64,000 nt of DNA from NCBI GenBank assembly GCA_030390025.1, contig CM059432.1, forward strand, positions 15,564,001 to 15,628,000, written 5' to 3'. Position 1 is the stretch's first letter. Each line of letters begins with the position of its first letter. This DNA is from Squalus acanthias. Its lineage: Eukaryota. The notes beneath the pieces are model-generated. The model was not told the origin of the DNA. It saw nothing but the letters and a program-made list of their open reading frames with translations, and ran no database searches. A program made the translations under genes and the position numbers. Shown in pieces: positions 12,039-23,384 of this stretch.

Positions 12039-13065
12039 CAAACCACCTCTTGAAAAGGTTATTTTTTTTTCAAATTGTTGTGGGGCCTTGAGCAGCAGGA
12101 GTCTTCCGGCACCCCTCAGCACCTGCTACCCCCCAACAGGCCTTAACTGCCGTATGGCTGCGGGAAATAGTTGGCCAATGTTTCTCCCGACGCACCCTGC
12201 CGAGAGAATGTTAACAAGGTCTGAACCTGAAAGCGGCATCACTCCCATTTGGCACCCGACCTGAAAGCCTCGCCACCAGACCCAGTAGCACCGAATTTAA
12301 CTTGGACCAGGGATTTGTTGTCCCGGGTGGGGAGGGGAGGGGAGCGGCGGTGGAGCCCCCTTGGCCTCGGCAGCATGAGGCCTAGGAGATTTTAACTCCC
12401 CGACAGGGCCGGATCTGAATGCCCACGGTCAGTTGCCCGCCTGAAACCGGCAGGAAACGGCAGCTGGCCAGTGGGCCGGAGCAGAATGCCACCGCCTGGA
12501 ACCGAAGGAACGATCCTCGGCACTCAGGTAACTCGCGAGGAGAGGGGGTTTTGGGAGGGTTTCACAGTCGGGAAGGGGGTGAATCGCTGGGCTCCTGCTC
12601 CCCCTGGCCCCACAGGAAAGTATGCCTCTGGGAAATGGACATGCATTTGCCAGGTGTTTTTGTGGCGAGCGGATGATGTAGAAGATGGTGGTTAACTCCT
12701 GGGCATGGCATAGACAGAAGGAAGATTGTTCTTTCCTGCAACGGGCGGATGGGGTGATTCAGAAAAGGTATCATCTATGACACACTACCGGATGACTCCT
12801 GCAGTAGGCCAACGTACTTGTGCAGCTGTATCCCATGGCCCCTCAGACTCATCAGCGATGACGTTCTGTGGCCTCTTCCTCTGGCTGCTCCACTTGGGTT
12901 CCTCGTAGAAGAGTGAGGTTGTGGAGCATGTAACACACCAGGACGATTCAGCAAACTTTGGCCCGGTACCATTCTGGTGAATCTGCACCCCCACTCCCAG
13001 TGCCATCAATGCTACCTGAATCCGCTATCTTACATCTCAAATCATCGATTACTATGTTTTATGTA

Positions 13066-13220
13066 AAAAAAAATGAGAAGTCGCACAACACCAGGTTATA
13101 GTCCAACAGTTTTATTTGAAATTACGAGCTTTCGTTTCAAATAAAACTGTTGGACTATAACCTGGTGTTGTGCGACTTCTCATTTTTGTCCACTCCAGTC
13201 CAACACCGGCATCTCCGCAG
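13066..13220. mobile_element. Fold-back Penelope family 1 insertion with 13-bp TSD
   Basis: Inverted arms of about 55 bp plus a one-sided tail. TATGTTTTATGTA at 13053-13065 and 13221-13233. Confidence 0.88.
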
Positions 13221-13667
13221 TATGTTTTATGTATCTGGCCACTAGAGGGAGCTTATATTTCACTCTCTTCCTGGAAGACATTGCAGAACCCACAACCTCC
13301 TAATCCAATAATTAACATACCCAGCGGTAAATATCTCACATTATCACTCTCTGTAACCCACCTGGGTTCTGGAAAACCACTATTCAAAGGTGGTCTATGT
13401 GTTCGAGGAGAGGGCGTCATAACTGGTGCAGCTTGTATCACCTGACATGGCAGCTACCTAATCTCATTAGCTAATCCCAATCATTTGGAAGAAGAGTGTA
13501 GGATTTACCATGTTGCATTTTGTAGGGCCTCTATGACAGAAGGTTGCACAACATAGCTAATGACATTTTGGGTACAAGTCCCCAGAGGCTAGTGAGGAGG
13601 GCTTTGCAGGGTCAACTGGGCTGGGTGTGCCTTTGTCATGTCTGAATCCAGTTTTTATTCTTATTTT

Positions 13668-13963
13668 GATACAACTGACTGGATTGCTCAGAGGGCAGTT
13701 AAGAGTCAACCACATTGCTGTGGGTCTGGAGTCACATATGGACCTGACCGGGTAAGGACAGCAGATTTCCTTCCCTAAAGGACATTAGTGAACCAGATGG
13801 GTTTTTACGACAATCTGGTAGCAATACGGGCTTTTTATTTTATTTAATTAACTGAATTTAAATTCCCCAGCGGCCGTGGTAGGATTTGAACTCTTGTCCC
13901 CAGATTGTTAGTCCAGGCCTATGGATTACTAGTCCAGTAACATAACCACTGTGCTACCGTACC
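13668..13963 (-). mobile_element. tRNA-derived SINE (family A)
   Basis: The reverse complement begins GGGTACGGTAGCACAGTGG (A box) and has GAGTTCAAATCC (B box). The body matches 15544-16370. Confidence 0.85.
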
Positions 13964-15120
13964 CTATTTCTTATGATTTTTGCCCTTGTCACAGTTAGAG
14001 AGGAAATTACAAAATATGCTTTCAATATTTTTTTTAATTGCTCTCATAGGGAAATTAAATTTGCTTAGTTTTCAACACTTGTGCGTAGACAAGCTCCTTC
14101 TACCATATTGTATCATAGCATTATATTGTGCATCAAATATTGCCTCCTGGTGATATTTGTACATACATGGAGCAAGGACATTCAATAAAGATTGGAAATT
14201 CCGAGTAATAGGGAGAAGTGGTGAGTACTCTTGGTGCGTAGTTCTAACCTCAGAGTAACAGTCATTTCTTTTTTAATGAATAATATTTTATTTAATTCGG
14301 ACCACAAAAATAAATAATCAACAAGATACACATAGGCCCAATATGCGTAATATCAGCTTCAAAAGGCAGAGTGCAAATATTCCACGACAATTCTGGCTGT
14401 ACACCCTTCAATCTAAGCTAATAAGGCAAATAAAAAAGGCAAAGAACAGAGAAGAAAATCCACTCCACTCCGTTCGATGATCAGCCGTAGATCCATTACA
14501 TCCCCAGAATAAAGTTTGTTTTAATGAATTGCCGTTGTCGCTTTCATTTTCTTAGTCACTTCAATCCTTACCACTTTCCGCTCTCTCTCTTTATGCTTCA
14601 TTCTCGTTATGTCTAAATCTGTATTTCTATTGCCACTGTAATATATAAATGCAAATTCTTTTATTACTATTTAAAGATGCCGCATAATGTAATGTTGAAT
14701 CAATTTTATGACATAGTCAAGGATAATTGAATTTGTCTTGTAGGACTCTAAATAAATGTAAAATTAGTGATGTGAAATGCGCAGTGCTTCCAAGTTAAAT
14801 TACACAGTTAGTTGTAGAAAATATGACCTTTATTTCTGAGTTGTGCCTGTGATTTTCTGATACGTGCTGTCAGATTATATGCTGCTATGAAGCTCACAAG
14901 CTCAGAACACTACCCCCTTAGTGTCTATTATATAGAGAATAATGAATATCTGGGGGTGATTACCACGCGTTTGACTGATTTCTAACCATCACCTGAAGTC
15001 TGAGTTTTTATATTTTAAATATAAATTACATAGAAACAAGCCATTTGGCCCAACTGGTCTCTGCCAAATGTTTATACTCCCCAAGAGTCTCGTCTCACTT
15101 TAATTACACCCTTTGTTAAA

Positions 15121-15538
15121 TTCATTCCTGGGATGTGGGCATCACTGGCAAGACCAGCATTTATTGCCCATCCCTGAATGAATTGAGAAGGTGGCTGGTG
15201 GGCATTCCTCTTGACGTGTTGGTGGTTTAATACAACCTGAGTGGTGTGCTGGACCGCTTCAGAGTGCAGTTAAGGGTCAACCACAACGTTGGTGTGGAGC
15301 TGGAGTCACATATAGGCCAGATCAGGTAAGGACGGCAGATTTCTGTCCCTAAAAGACATTAGTTGGTGTTTTTTTATGATAATCTGTAAAATGGTTAATT
15401 TTACTGCTACCGGATCTTTTGTAAACTGAACTTAAATTCTCAAACTGCAATAGTGGGATTTGAGCTCAATTTCAATTTGGATCATTAGTCTTCGTCTCGC
15501 TGGATTACTAGTCCAGTAACATAACCACTATTTACCAT
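15121..15538 (-). mobile_element. tRNA-derived SINE (family A), diverged, with family-B LINE tail
   Basis: Homologous to the adjacent + strand copy. Tail GGGATGGGCAATAAATGCTGG..GCCCACATCCC. Confidence 0.8.
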
Positions 15539-15543
15539 ATGAT

Positions 15544-16527
15544 GGGAACGGTAGCATAGTGGTTATGTTACTGGACTAGTAATCCAGAGGCCTGGACTAA
15601 TGATCGCAGAGACATGAGTTCAAATTCAGCATGGCAGCTGGGGAATTTAATTTCAGTTAATTAAACAAATCTAGAATAAAAAACTAGTATGGTGACCATG
15701 AAAACTACCGGGTTGTCGTAAAAAGCCAACTGGTTCACTAATGTCCTTTAGGGAAGGAAATCTGCCGTCCTTACCCGGTCATAGAAACATAGAGGATAGG
15801 AGCAGGAGTAGGCCATTCGGCCCCTCGAGCCTGCTCCGCCATTTAATGAGATCATGGCTGATCATCCAAATTCAGTACCCTGTCCCTGCTTTCTCCCCAT
15901 ATCCCTTGATCCCTTTAGCCTTAAGAAATATATCTATCTCCTTCTTGAATATATTTAATGAATTGGCCTCAACTGCCTTCTCTGGTAGAGAATTCCACAG
16001 GTTCACCACTCTGGGTGAAGAAATTCCTTCTCATCTCAGTCCTAAATGGCTTACCCCTTATCCTTAGACTGTGACCTCTGGTTCTGGACTCCCCCACCAT
16101 CGGGAACATCCTTCCTGCATCTAATCTGTCTAGTCCTGTTAGAATTTTATAAGTTTCAATGAGATCCCCTCTCATTCTTCTAAACTCTAGCGAATACAAG
16201 CCCAATCGTCCCAATCTCTCTTCATACGTCATTCCTGCCATCCCAGGTATCAGTCTGGTGAATCTTCGCTGCACTCGGTCTGGTCTATATGTGACTCCAG
16301 ACCCACAGCAATGTGGTTGACTCTTAACTGCCCTCTGAAATGGCCTAGCAAGTCACTCAGTTGTACCAAACCACTGAGACAAAGTCAGCACTGTGGGAGT
16401 ACCTTCACCACACGGACTGCAGCGGTTCAAGAAAGCAGCTCACCACCACCTTCTCAAAGGGCAATTAGGGATGGCCAATAAATGTTGGCCTTGCCAGCGA
16501 CGCCCACATTCCGTGAATGAATTTAAA
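15544..16527 (+). mobile_element. tRNA-derived SINE (family A) ending in the family-B LINE tail, interrupted by CR1
   Basis: A box TAGCATAGTGG and B box GAGTTCAAAT. The body resumes at 16276. The last about 135 bp match the family-B LINE 3' end. Confidence 0.85.
15781..16275 (-). mobile_element. 5'-truncated CR1 3' end with 5-bp TSD
   Basis: QRRFTRLIPGM..LYSLEFRRMRGDLIE..TRGHSL. CGGTC at 15776-15780 and 16276-16280. Confidence 0.9.
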
Positions 16528-16819
16528 AAAACTCTGTCCCCATATCCCTCGAGGCAGGACTCGAGATATTTTTAAACAATTAGCCGATAGTCACATGGCA
16601 TGGCGCCATAGTGTTTTGGTGACTCCATTGCTAACAGCAGCTTCCCATGTCCTTATCAACCATTCTTTCAAAAGGTCCCTGAAAAAACTACCTCCTCAAC
16701 TGTGTTGTTCAGTCACATTCTCTCCCCACATTGTCCTCATCTCCTGTTTGACATTCTCGCCCATTCGATGTAAAGTATTCTCAGCTACATGAGGGGTGCT
16801 ACATAAATGCAAATTATTA

Positions 16820-17195
16820 AAGAAAGAAAGATTTATATAACGCCTTTCACGATCACCAGACGTCCCAAAGCACTTTACAGCCAATTATGTACTTTTGGAG
16901 TGTAGTCACTGTTGTATTGTACGAAACGCAGCAGCCAATTTGCACACAGCAAGCTCCCACAAACAGCAAGGTGATAATGACCAGATAATCTGTTTTAGTG
17001 ATGTTGATTGAGGGATAAATATTGGCCAGGACACCGGGGAGAACTCCCCTGCTATTCTTCAAAATACTGCCATGGGATCTTTTACATCCACCCGAGAGAG
17101 CTGACAGGGCCTCGGTTTAACGCCTCATCTGAAAGACGGCACCTCCGACAGTGCAGCACTCCCTCTGTACTGCTCTGTAGTGTCAGCCTAGATTA
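16820..17195 (-). mobile_element. Deu-domain SINE (SacSINE1-like), head missing
   Basis: The reverse complement carries the Deu-like core AAAGATCCCATGGCA..CCCCGGTGTCCTGGCCAA and an L2-like tail. Confidence 0.8.
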
Positions 17196-17196
17196 T

Positions 17197-20100
17197 TAAT
17201 AGGAACATAGGAACAAGAGTAGGCCATTCAGCCCCTCGAGCCTGTTCCACCATTCAATGAGATCATGGTTGATCTGCGACCTAACTCCATATACCCTCCA
17301 AGGCCAATATATCCTTTCTAAGGTGTGGTGCCCAGAACTGCTCACAGTACTCCAGATGTGGTCTAACCAGGGTTTTGTATAGTTGCAGCATGACATCTAA
17401 CTCCTTGTATTCTAATCCTCTAGATATAAAGGCCAGCATTCCATTAGCCTTTTTAATTATTTTCTGTACCTGTTCATGGCATTTTAATGATCTATGTACC
17501 TGGACCCACAAGTCTCTTTGGACCTCCACTGTTTTTAGCTTTTCACCATTTAGAAAGTACCCTGTTCTATCCTTTTTAGGTCCAAAGTGATCTCACATTT
17601 GCTTACATTGAAATCCATTTGCCCATTCACTTAATCTGTCGATATCCCTTTGTAATTTTATGCTTTCATCTACACTGCCTACAATACCGCCTATCTTTGT
17701 GTCATCGGCAAACTTGGATATATGACTTTCTATGCCATTATGTAAGTCGTTAATAAATACTGTGAATAGTTGAGGCCCCAACACAGATCCCTGCGGGACA
17801 CCACTAGTCACATCCTGCCAATTTGAGTGCTTACCCATTATCCCTACTCTCTGCCTCCTGCCGTTCAGCCAATTTCCTAACCAGGTCAATAATTTGCCCT
17901 CAATTTCAACTAATTTCACCTTAGTTAATCATCTCTTATGTGGGACTTTATCAAATGCCTTCTGGAAGACCATATAAATAACATCCATAGACATTCCCCT
18001 GTCCACTACTTTAGTCACCTCTTCAAAAAATGTAATCAGGTTTGTCAGGCATGACCTACCTTTTACAAATCCATGCTGGCTCTCTCTAATCAACTAAAAA
18101 TTTTTGAGGTGTTCAGTCACCCTATCCTTAATTATAGACTCTAGCAATTTCCCGACAACAGATGCTAGGCTAACTGGCCTATAATCTCTTGGTTTCCCCC
18201 TCTCGCCATTTTTAAATAGCAGAGTGACACGCGCAATTTTCCAACCTAAAGGAACGGTTCCTGAATCGGGAGAACTTTGGAAGATTATAGTTAGGGCATC
18301 TGCAATGTGCTCACCTACTTCCTTTAAAACCCTGGGATGGAAGCCATCTGGTCCTGGGGATTTGTCACTAATGCCATTATTTTCTTCATTACTGTTACTT
18401 CACTTACATTAATTTTATTGAGTCCCTGTCCCCGATTCAATATTAGTTTCCTTGGGATTTCCGGCATGCTATCCTCTTTTTCGACTGTAAATACTGACGC
18501 AAAGTAATTATTCAACATGTCCACCATTTTCTTCTTATTATTGACAATATCATCGCTTTCAGTTTTTAAGGGGCCAACATTGCTCCTGACTTCCCTCTTT
18601 TTCCTAATGTAATTGTAAAAATTCTTCATAATGATTTTGATGTCCCTTTGCAAGTTTCTTTTCATACTCCCTTTTTGTAGCTCTTACTATCTGTTTTGTG
18701 ACCCTTTGCTGTTCTTTGTATCTTTCCTATTCGTCAGGATCTGTGCTATTTTTTGCATTTTTGTATGCTTTTTCTTTTAGTTTTATGCTGTCCCTTACCT
18801 CTTTAATCGTCCATGGCTGTTTTTTTTGGCAAGTAGCGCTCTTGCCCCTCAGGGGTAGAAACTGGTTCTTTATCACATTAAATTCTTTTTTGAACATCTC
18901 CCACTGATCTTCTGTCATTTTACCCATTAACAGATTTGCCCAGTTTACTGTGGACAGTCTCTGCCTCATCCCGTTGAAGTCGCCCTTACCTAAATCTAGA
19001 ATCTTAGTAGCTGTTTTGCGCTTCTCCCTTTCAAATGCTACGTTGAACTCGATCATGTTATGATCGCTATTGGATAAATGTTCACGCACAGTTAGGCTGT
19101 TAACTAAATCTGGCTCATTACTCATTACTAAATCTAATATGGCTTTCCCCCTTGATGCCTGTAGAACATATTGTTGTAGAAAACTATCTCAGATGCACTC
19201 AAGAAATTCACTACCTTTCTGACAGGTGCTAGTCTGCTTATCTCAATCTATATGAAAGTTAAAATCCCCCATTAAAACCACACTGCCTTTGCTACACGCT
19301 TGTATAATCTATGCATTTATACAATCTAGCACTTCACAGCTGCTACCAGGGGGCCTATACAACTCCCACTACAGTCTTACATCCTTTCCTATTTCTTAAT
19401 TCTACCCATAAAGTCTCCACTGCCTGCTTACCTCTCTTTATATCCTCTCTTATCATTGAAGTGATTTCATCCTTAATCACGAAGGCTACTCCTTCCCCTC
19501 TGCCATTTTCCATATATTTCCTGTAGACCTTATAACCTGGCATACTTAGTTCCCAGTCCTGACTGTCTACCATGTCATACCCTCCAATTTCGAATTCGTG
19601 CCTGCAGTTCATTCAGTTTATTCCTTATACGCCATGTGTTTGTATAAAGAACGCTTATTTGGGCCACACACCCTAGCCTGTCCTTCAGCTCTAAAGTTTT
19701 ACTCACACGTTTCTTATTTCTCTCTCCTGGTTTCATCACTTTACATCTTTTAGTTTTCCCTTTACTTTTACAATTTCTGACTGTTATTCTACTCTCTTCC
19801 TTTTCGTTTGTTTTTGATCTACTATTTGTACTACAATTTCCACCTGAGCCCTCCCCCCCATTTACTAGTTTAAAGTCCTTGTGACCGTCCTATTTATCCT
19901 TTCCGCTAGGACCCTGATTCCAGACCGGTTCAGGTGGAGCCCATTCCAAAGGTACAGTTCCTTCCTGTCCCAATACTGGTGCCAGTGCTCCATGAAATGG
20001 AACCCCTCTTTCCCAGACCATTCCTTTAGCCACGTGTTCACTTCCCTAATCAGCTTATCCCTACGCCAATTTGTGCGTGGCTCAGGTAATAATCCAGAGA

Positions 20101-20348
20101 TTATAACCCTTGAGGTCCTGTTCTTTAACTTAGCTCCTAGTTCCTGGTACTCCCCAAACAGGACCTCTTGCCTACTCTTCCCTATGTTGTTGGTCCCAAC
20201 ATGGACCACAACGACTGGATCCTCCCCCTCCCTCTCCAAAATCCTTTCAAGCCTGTTCGAGATGTCCCTTACCCTGGCAACATACCATGTGGGACTCTCG
20301 ATCTTGCTCACAAAGGATGCAATCTGTCCCCCTAATTATAGAATCCCC
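17197..20348 (-). mobile_element. Degraded long CR1: partial ORF1 esterase, APE and RT, with an internal 3' deletion
   Basis: ORF1 19865-20311 has SGNH-esterase motifs (VVVHVGTNN, GLHLN). ORF2 fragments EHLSNSDHNMI, SGVPQGSVLGP, KFADD, RPHLEYC. Confidence 0.92.
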
Positions 20349-20519
20349 TGAATGAATTGACTTGGTTAAAATGAGGCTGCAGAAGATTCAATGCGGGAAA
20401 AAAAAGGTATCAGCTTAATAAAGCGAGGCTCAAAGTTAAACTACATGGCAGAAGAAAACAAATGGATCCATTCAACTCAACCAAAAGATTGCTCAGTATT
20501 TAAGGACAATCCAGCTGTT

Positions 20520-23270
20520 AGAACATAAGAACATAAGAAATAGGAGCAGGAGTAGGCCAATCGGCCCCTCGAGCCTGCTCCGCCATTCAATAAGATCATG
20601 GCTGATCTGATCCTAACCGCCAATCTACTATCTATCACAGAACCATCTCCTGCATCTAACAGAATTGCACACACAAAATAGGAGCAGAATCAGGCTACAC
20701 GGTCCCTGGGCCCGCTCCACTACCCACAGAGCCATGACCGATCCGAACCTAGACTCATGTCCAAATTCCTGCCCGCTCCCCGTAACCCTTAATGCCCTTT
20801 ACTTCTAGGAAACTGTCTATTTCTGTTTTAAATTTATTTAATGATGTAGCTTCTACAGCTTTTTGTGGCAGCATATTCCATGGACCTACCACCCTCTGAG
20901 TGAAGTAGTTCCTCCTCATCTCAGTTTTGAAAGAGCAGCCCCTTATTCTAAGACTATGTCCCCTAGTTCTAGTCTCACCCGTCATCGGGAACATCCTCCC
21001 CGCATCCACCTGATCCAACCCCTTCACAATCTTATATGTTTCAATAAGATCGCCTCTCATTCTTCTGAACTCCAATGAGTAGAGTCCCAATCTACCCAAC
21101 CTCTCCTCATATGACCACCCCCTCATCCCCGGGATTAATCGAGTGAACCTTTTTTGCACTGCCTCGAGAGCAAGGATGTCTTTCCTTAAGTAAGGACACC
21201 AAAACTGTATGCAGTATTCCAGGTGCGGTCTCACCAATACCTTGTACAACTGAAGCAATACCTCCCTATTTTTATATTCTATCCCCCTAGCAATGAAAGC
21301 CAACATTCCATTTGCCTTCTTAATCACTTGCTGCACCTGCATACTAACCTTTTGAGTTTCGTGCACCAGGACCCCCAGATCCCTTTGCACTTCAGTACTC
21401 TCCAGTTTCTTGCCATTAAGATAATAAATTGCTCTAGGATTTTTCCTGCCAAAGTGCATCACCTCACACTTTCCAGTGTTGTATTCCATCTGCCAAATCT
21501 CTGCCCACTTACTTAGCCTGTCTATGTCCCCTTGCAGGTTTTTTATGTCCTCCTCACTCACTACTTTCCCTCCCATCTTTGTATCATCTGCAAATTTTGA
21601 TATGTTACACTTGGTCCCTTCCTCCAAATCGTTAATATAGATTGTAAAGAGTTGGGGACCCAGCACTGACCCCTGTGGAACACCACTAGTTACTGATTGC
21701 CAGTCTGAGAATGAACCATTTATCCCAACTCTTTGCTTTCTGTTAGATAGCCAATCCTCTATCCATGCCAGAATATTACCCCCAATCCCGTGATTTTTTA
21801 CCTTAAGCAATAATCTTTTGTGTGGCACCTTGTCAAATGCCTTTTGGAAGTCTAAATACACTACGTCCACTGGTTCCCCTTTATCCACTCTATATGTTAC
21901 TTCCTCAAAGAACTCCAGCAAATTTGTCAAACATGACTTCCCCTTCGTAAAACCATGCTGACTTTGTCCTATTAAATTATGATTATCCAAATGTCCTGTT
22001 ACTGTTTCCTTAATAATGGACTCCAAAATTTTACCTACCACAGATGGTTAGGCTAACCGGTCTATAGTTACCAGCCTTCTGTCTACTGCCCTTTTTAAAT
22101 AAGGGTGTTACATTAGCAGTTTTCCAGTCTGCCAGGACCTTAGCGGAATCCAGGGAGTTTTGAAAAATTATTACCAATGCATCTACAATCCCTACCGCCA
22201 CTTCCTTCAAGACTCTAGGATGTAAGCCATCAGGTCCAGGTGATTTATCCGCCTTGAGTCCCATTATTTTACCGAGTACCACTTCCTTAGTGATTTTGAT
22301 CGTGTTTAGCTCCTCTCCCCCTATAGCCCCCTGTTTGTCCAGTGTTGGGATATTCTTAGTGTCCTCTACTGTAAAGACTGATACAAAATATTCATTCAGT
22401 GTTTTTGCCATCTCCATATTTCCCACCATTAATTTCCCGGTCTCATCCTCTAAGGGACCAACATTTACTTTAGCCACCCTTTTTCTTTTTATATAACTAT
22501 AAAAACTCTTACTATCTGTTTTTATATTTTTTGCTAATTTACTTTCATAATCTATCTTCCCTTTCTTAATCAATCTTTTTGTTATTTTTTGCTGCCTTTT
22601 AAAGTTTTCCCAATCCTCTGTCCTCCCACTAGATTTCGCTACCTTATATGCCCTTGTTTTTAGTCGAATACTATCCTTAATTTCTTTACTTAGCCACGGA
22701 TGACTGTCCTTTCTTTTACACCCTTTTCTTTTCAGTGGAATATATTTTTTTTGGAAGTTGTAAAATAACTCCTTGAATGTACATCACTGATCATGTGTCG
22801 TCTTACCCTTTAATCTATTTTCCCAATCCACTCTACTCAATTCCACTCGCATACCTTCATAGTCTCCTTTATTCAAGCTTAGCACGCTTGTTTGAGATCC
22901 AACCTTCTCACCCTCTAATTGAATATGGAACTCAACCATGTTATGGTCACTCATTCCAAGGGGATCCTTTACTAGGACATTTTTAATTAATCCTGTCTCG
23001 TTACACAGGACCAGATCTAAGGTTGCTTGCCCCCTGGTCGGTTCAGTTACATACTGCTCAAGAAACCCATCCCTAATACACTCAATGAACTCATCCTCAA
23101 GGCAGCCCTGCCCCATTTGATTTGTCCAATTAATATGATAGTTAAAATCCCCCATAATTATAGATGTTCCCTTATTACATGCCTCAACTATTTCCTGATT
23201 GATACTCCGTCCAACAGAGTTGCAACTGTTCGGAGGCCTATAGACTACGCCAACTAGTGTTTTTTCCCCT
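20520..23270 (-). mobile_element. Young 5'-truncated CR1 with a duplicated 3' tail module
   Basis: Long ORF2 pieces 22784-23155, 22031-22573 and 20755-22041, with terminal (TTCTTATG)n repeats near 20520. Confidence 0.95.
20755..22041 (-). CDS. CR1 ORF2 reverse transcriptase domain and C-terminus (428-aa open stretch of a frameshifted ORF2)
   Basis: QHGF..SCLTNL, YLDFQKAFDKVPH, SGVPQGSVLGP, KFADD, RPHLEYC. Confidence 0.85.
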   Translation of the reverse strand: MVGKILESIIKETVTGHLDNHNLIGQSQHGFTKGKSCLTNLLEFFEEVTYRVDKGEPVDVVYLDFQKAFDKVPHKRLLLKVKNHGIGGNILAWIEDWLSNRKQRVGINGSFSDWQSVTSGVPQGSVLGPQLFTIYINDLEEGTKCNISKFADDTKMGGKVVSEEDIKNLQGDIDRLSKWAEIWQMEYNTGKCEVMHFGRKNPRAIYYLNGKKLESTEVQRDLGVLVHETQKVSMQVQQVIKKANGMLAFIARGIEYKNREVLLQLYKVLVRPHLEYCIQFWCPYLRKDILALEAVQKRFTRLIPGMRGWSYEERLGRLGLYSLEFRRMRGDLIETYKIVKGLDQVDAGRMFPMTGETRTRGHSLRIRGCSFKTEMRRNYFTQRVVGPWNMLPQKAVEATSLNKFKTEIDSFLEVKGIKGYGERAGIWT

Positions 23271-23384
23271 TCTCACACTGCAGCTTCACATATAATACAT
23301 TAGGAGCATAATGCATTGCCGACAAAATATCTCTAATTTTCAGACCTTGGTTAATATTCATCCTCTCAATCCAGAGACCCCCAC

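Noticed and set aside
12080..13020. GC-richer stretch as a degraded DNA transposon or exon cluster
   Set aside because: No TIR pair, TSD or protein motif could be established by eye.
14575..14660. Octamer ATTTGCAT plus TATA-like motif and a donor on the - strand as a promoter
   Set aside because: ATATAAATGCAA is also the L2/SINE tail motif common in this window, so the evidence is insufficient.
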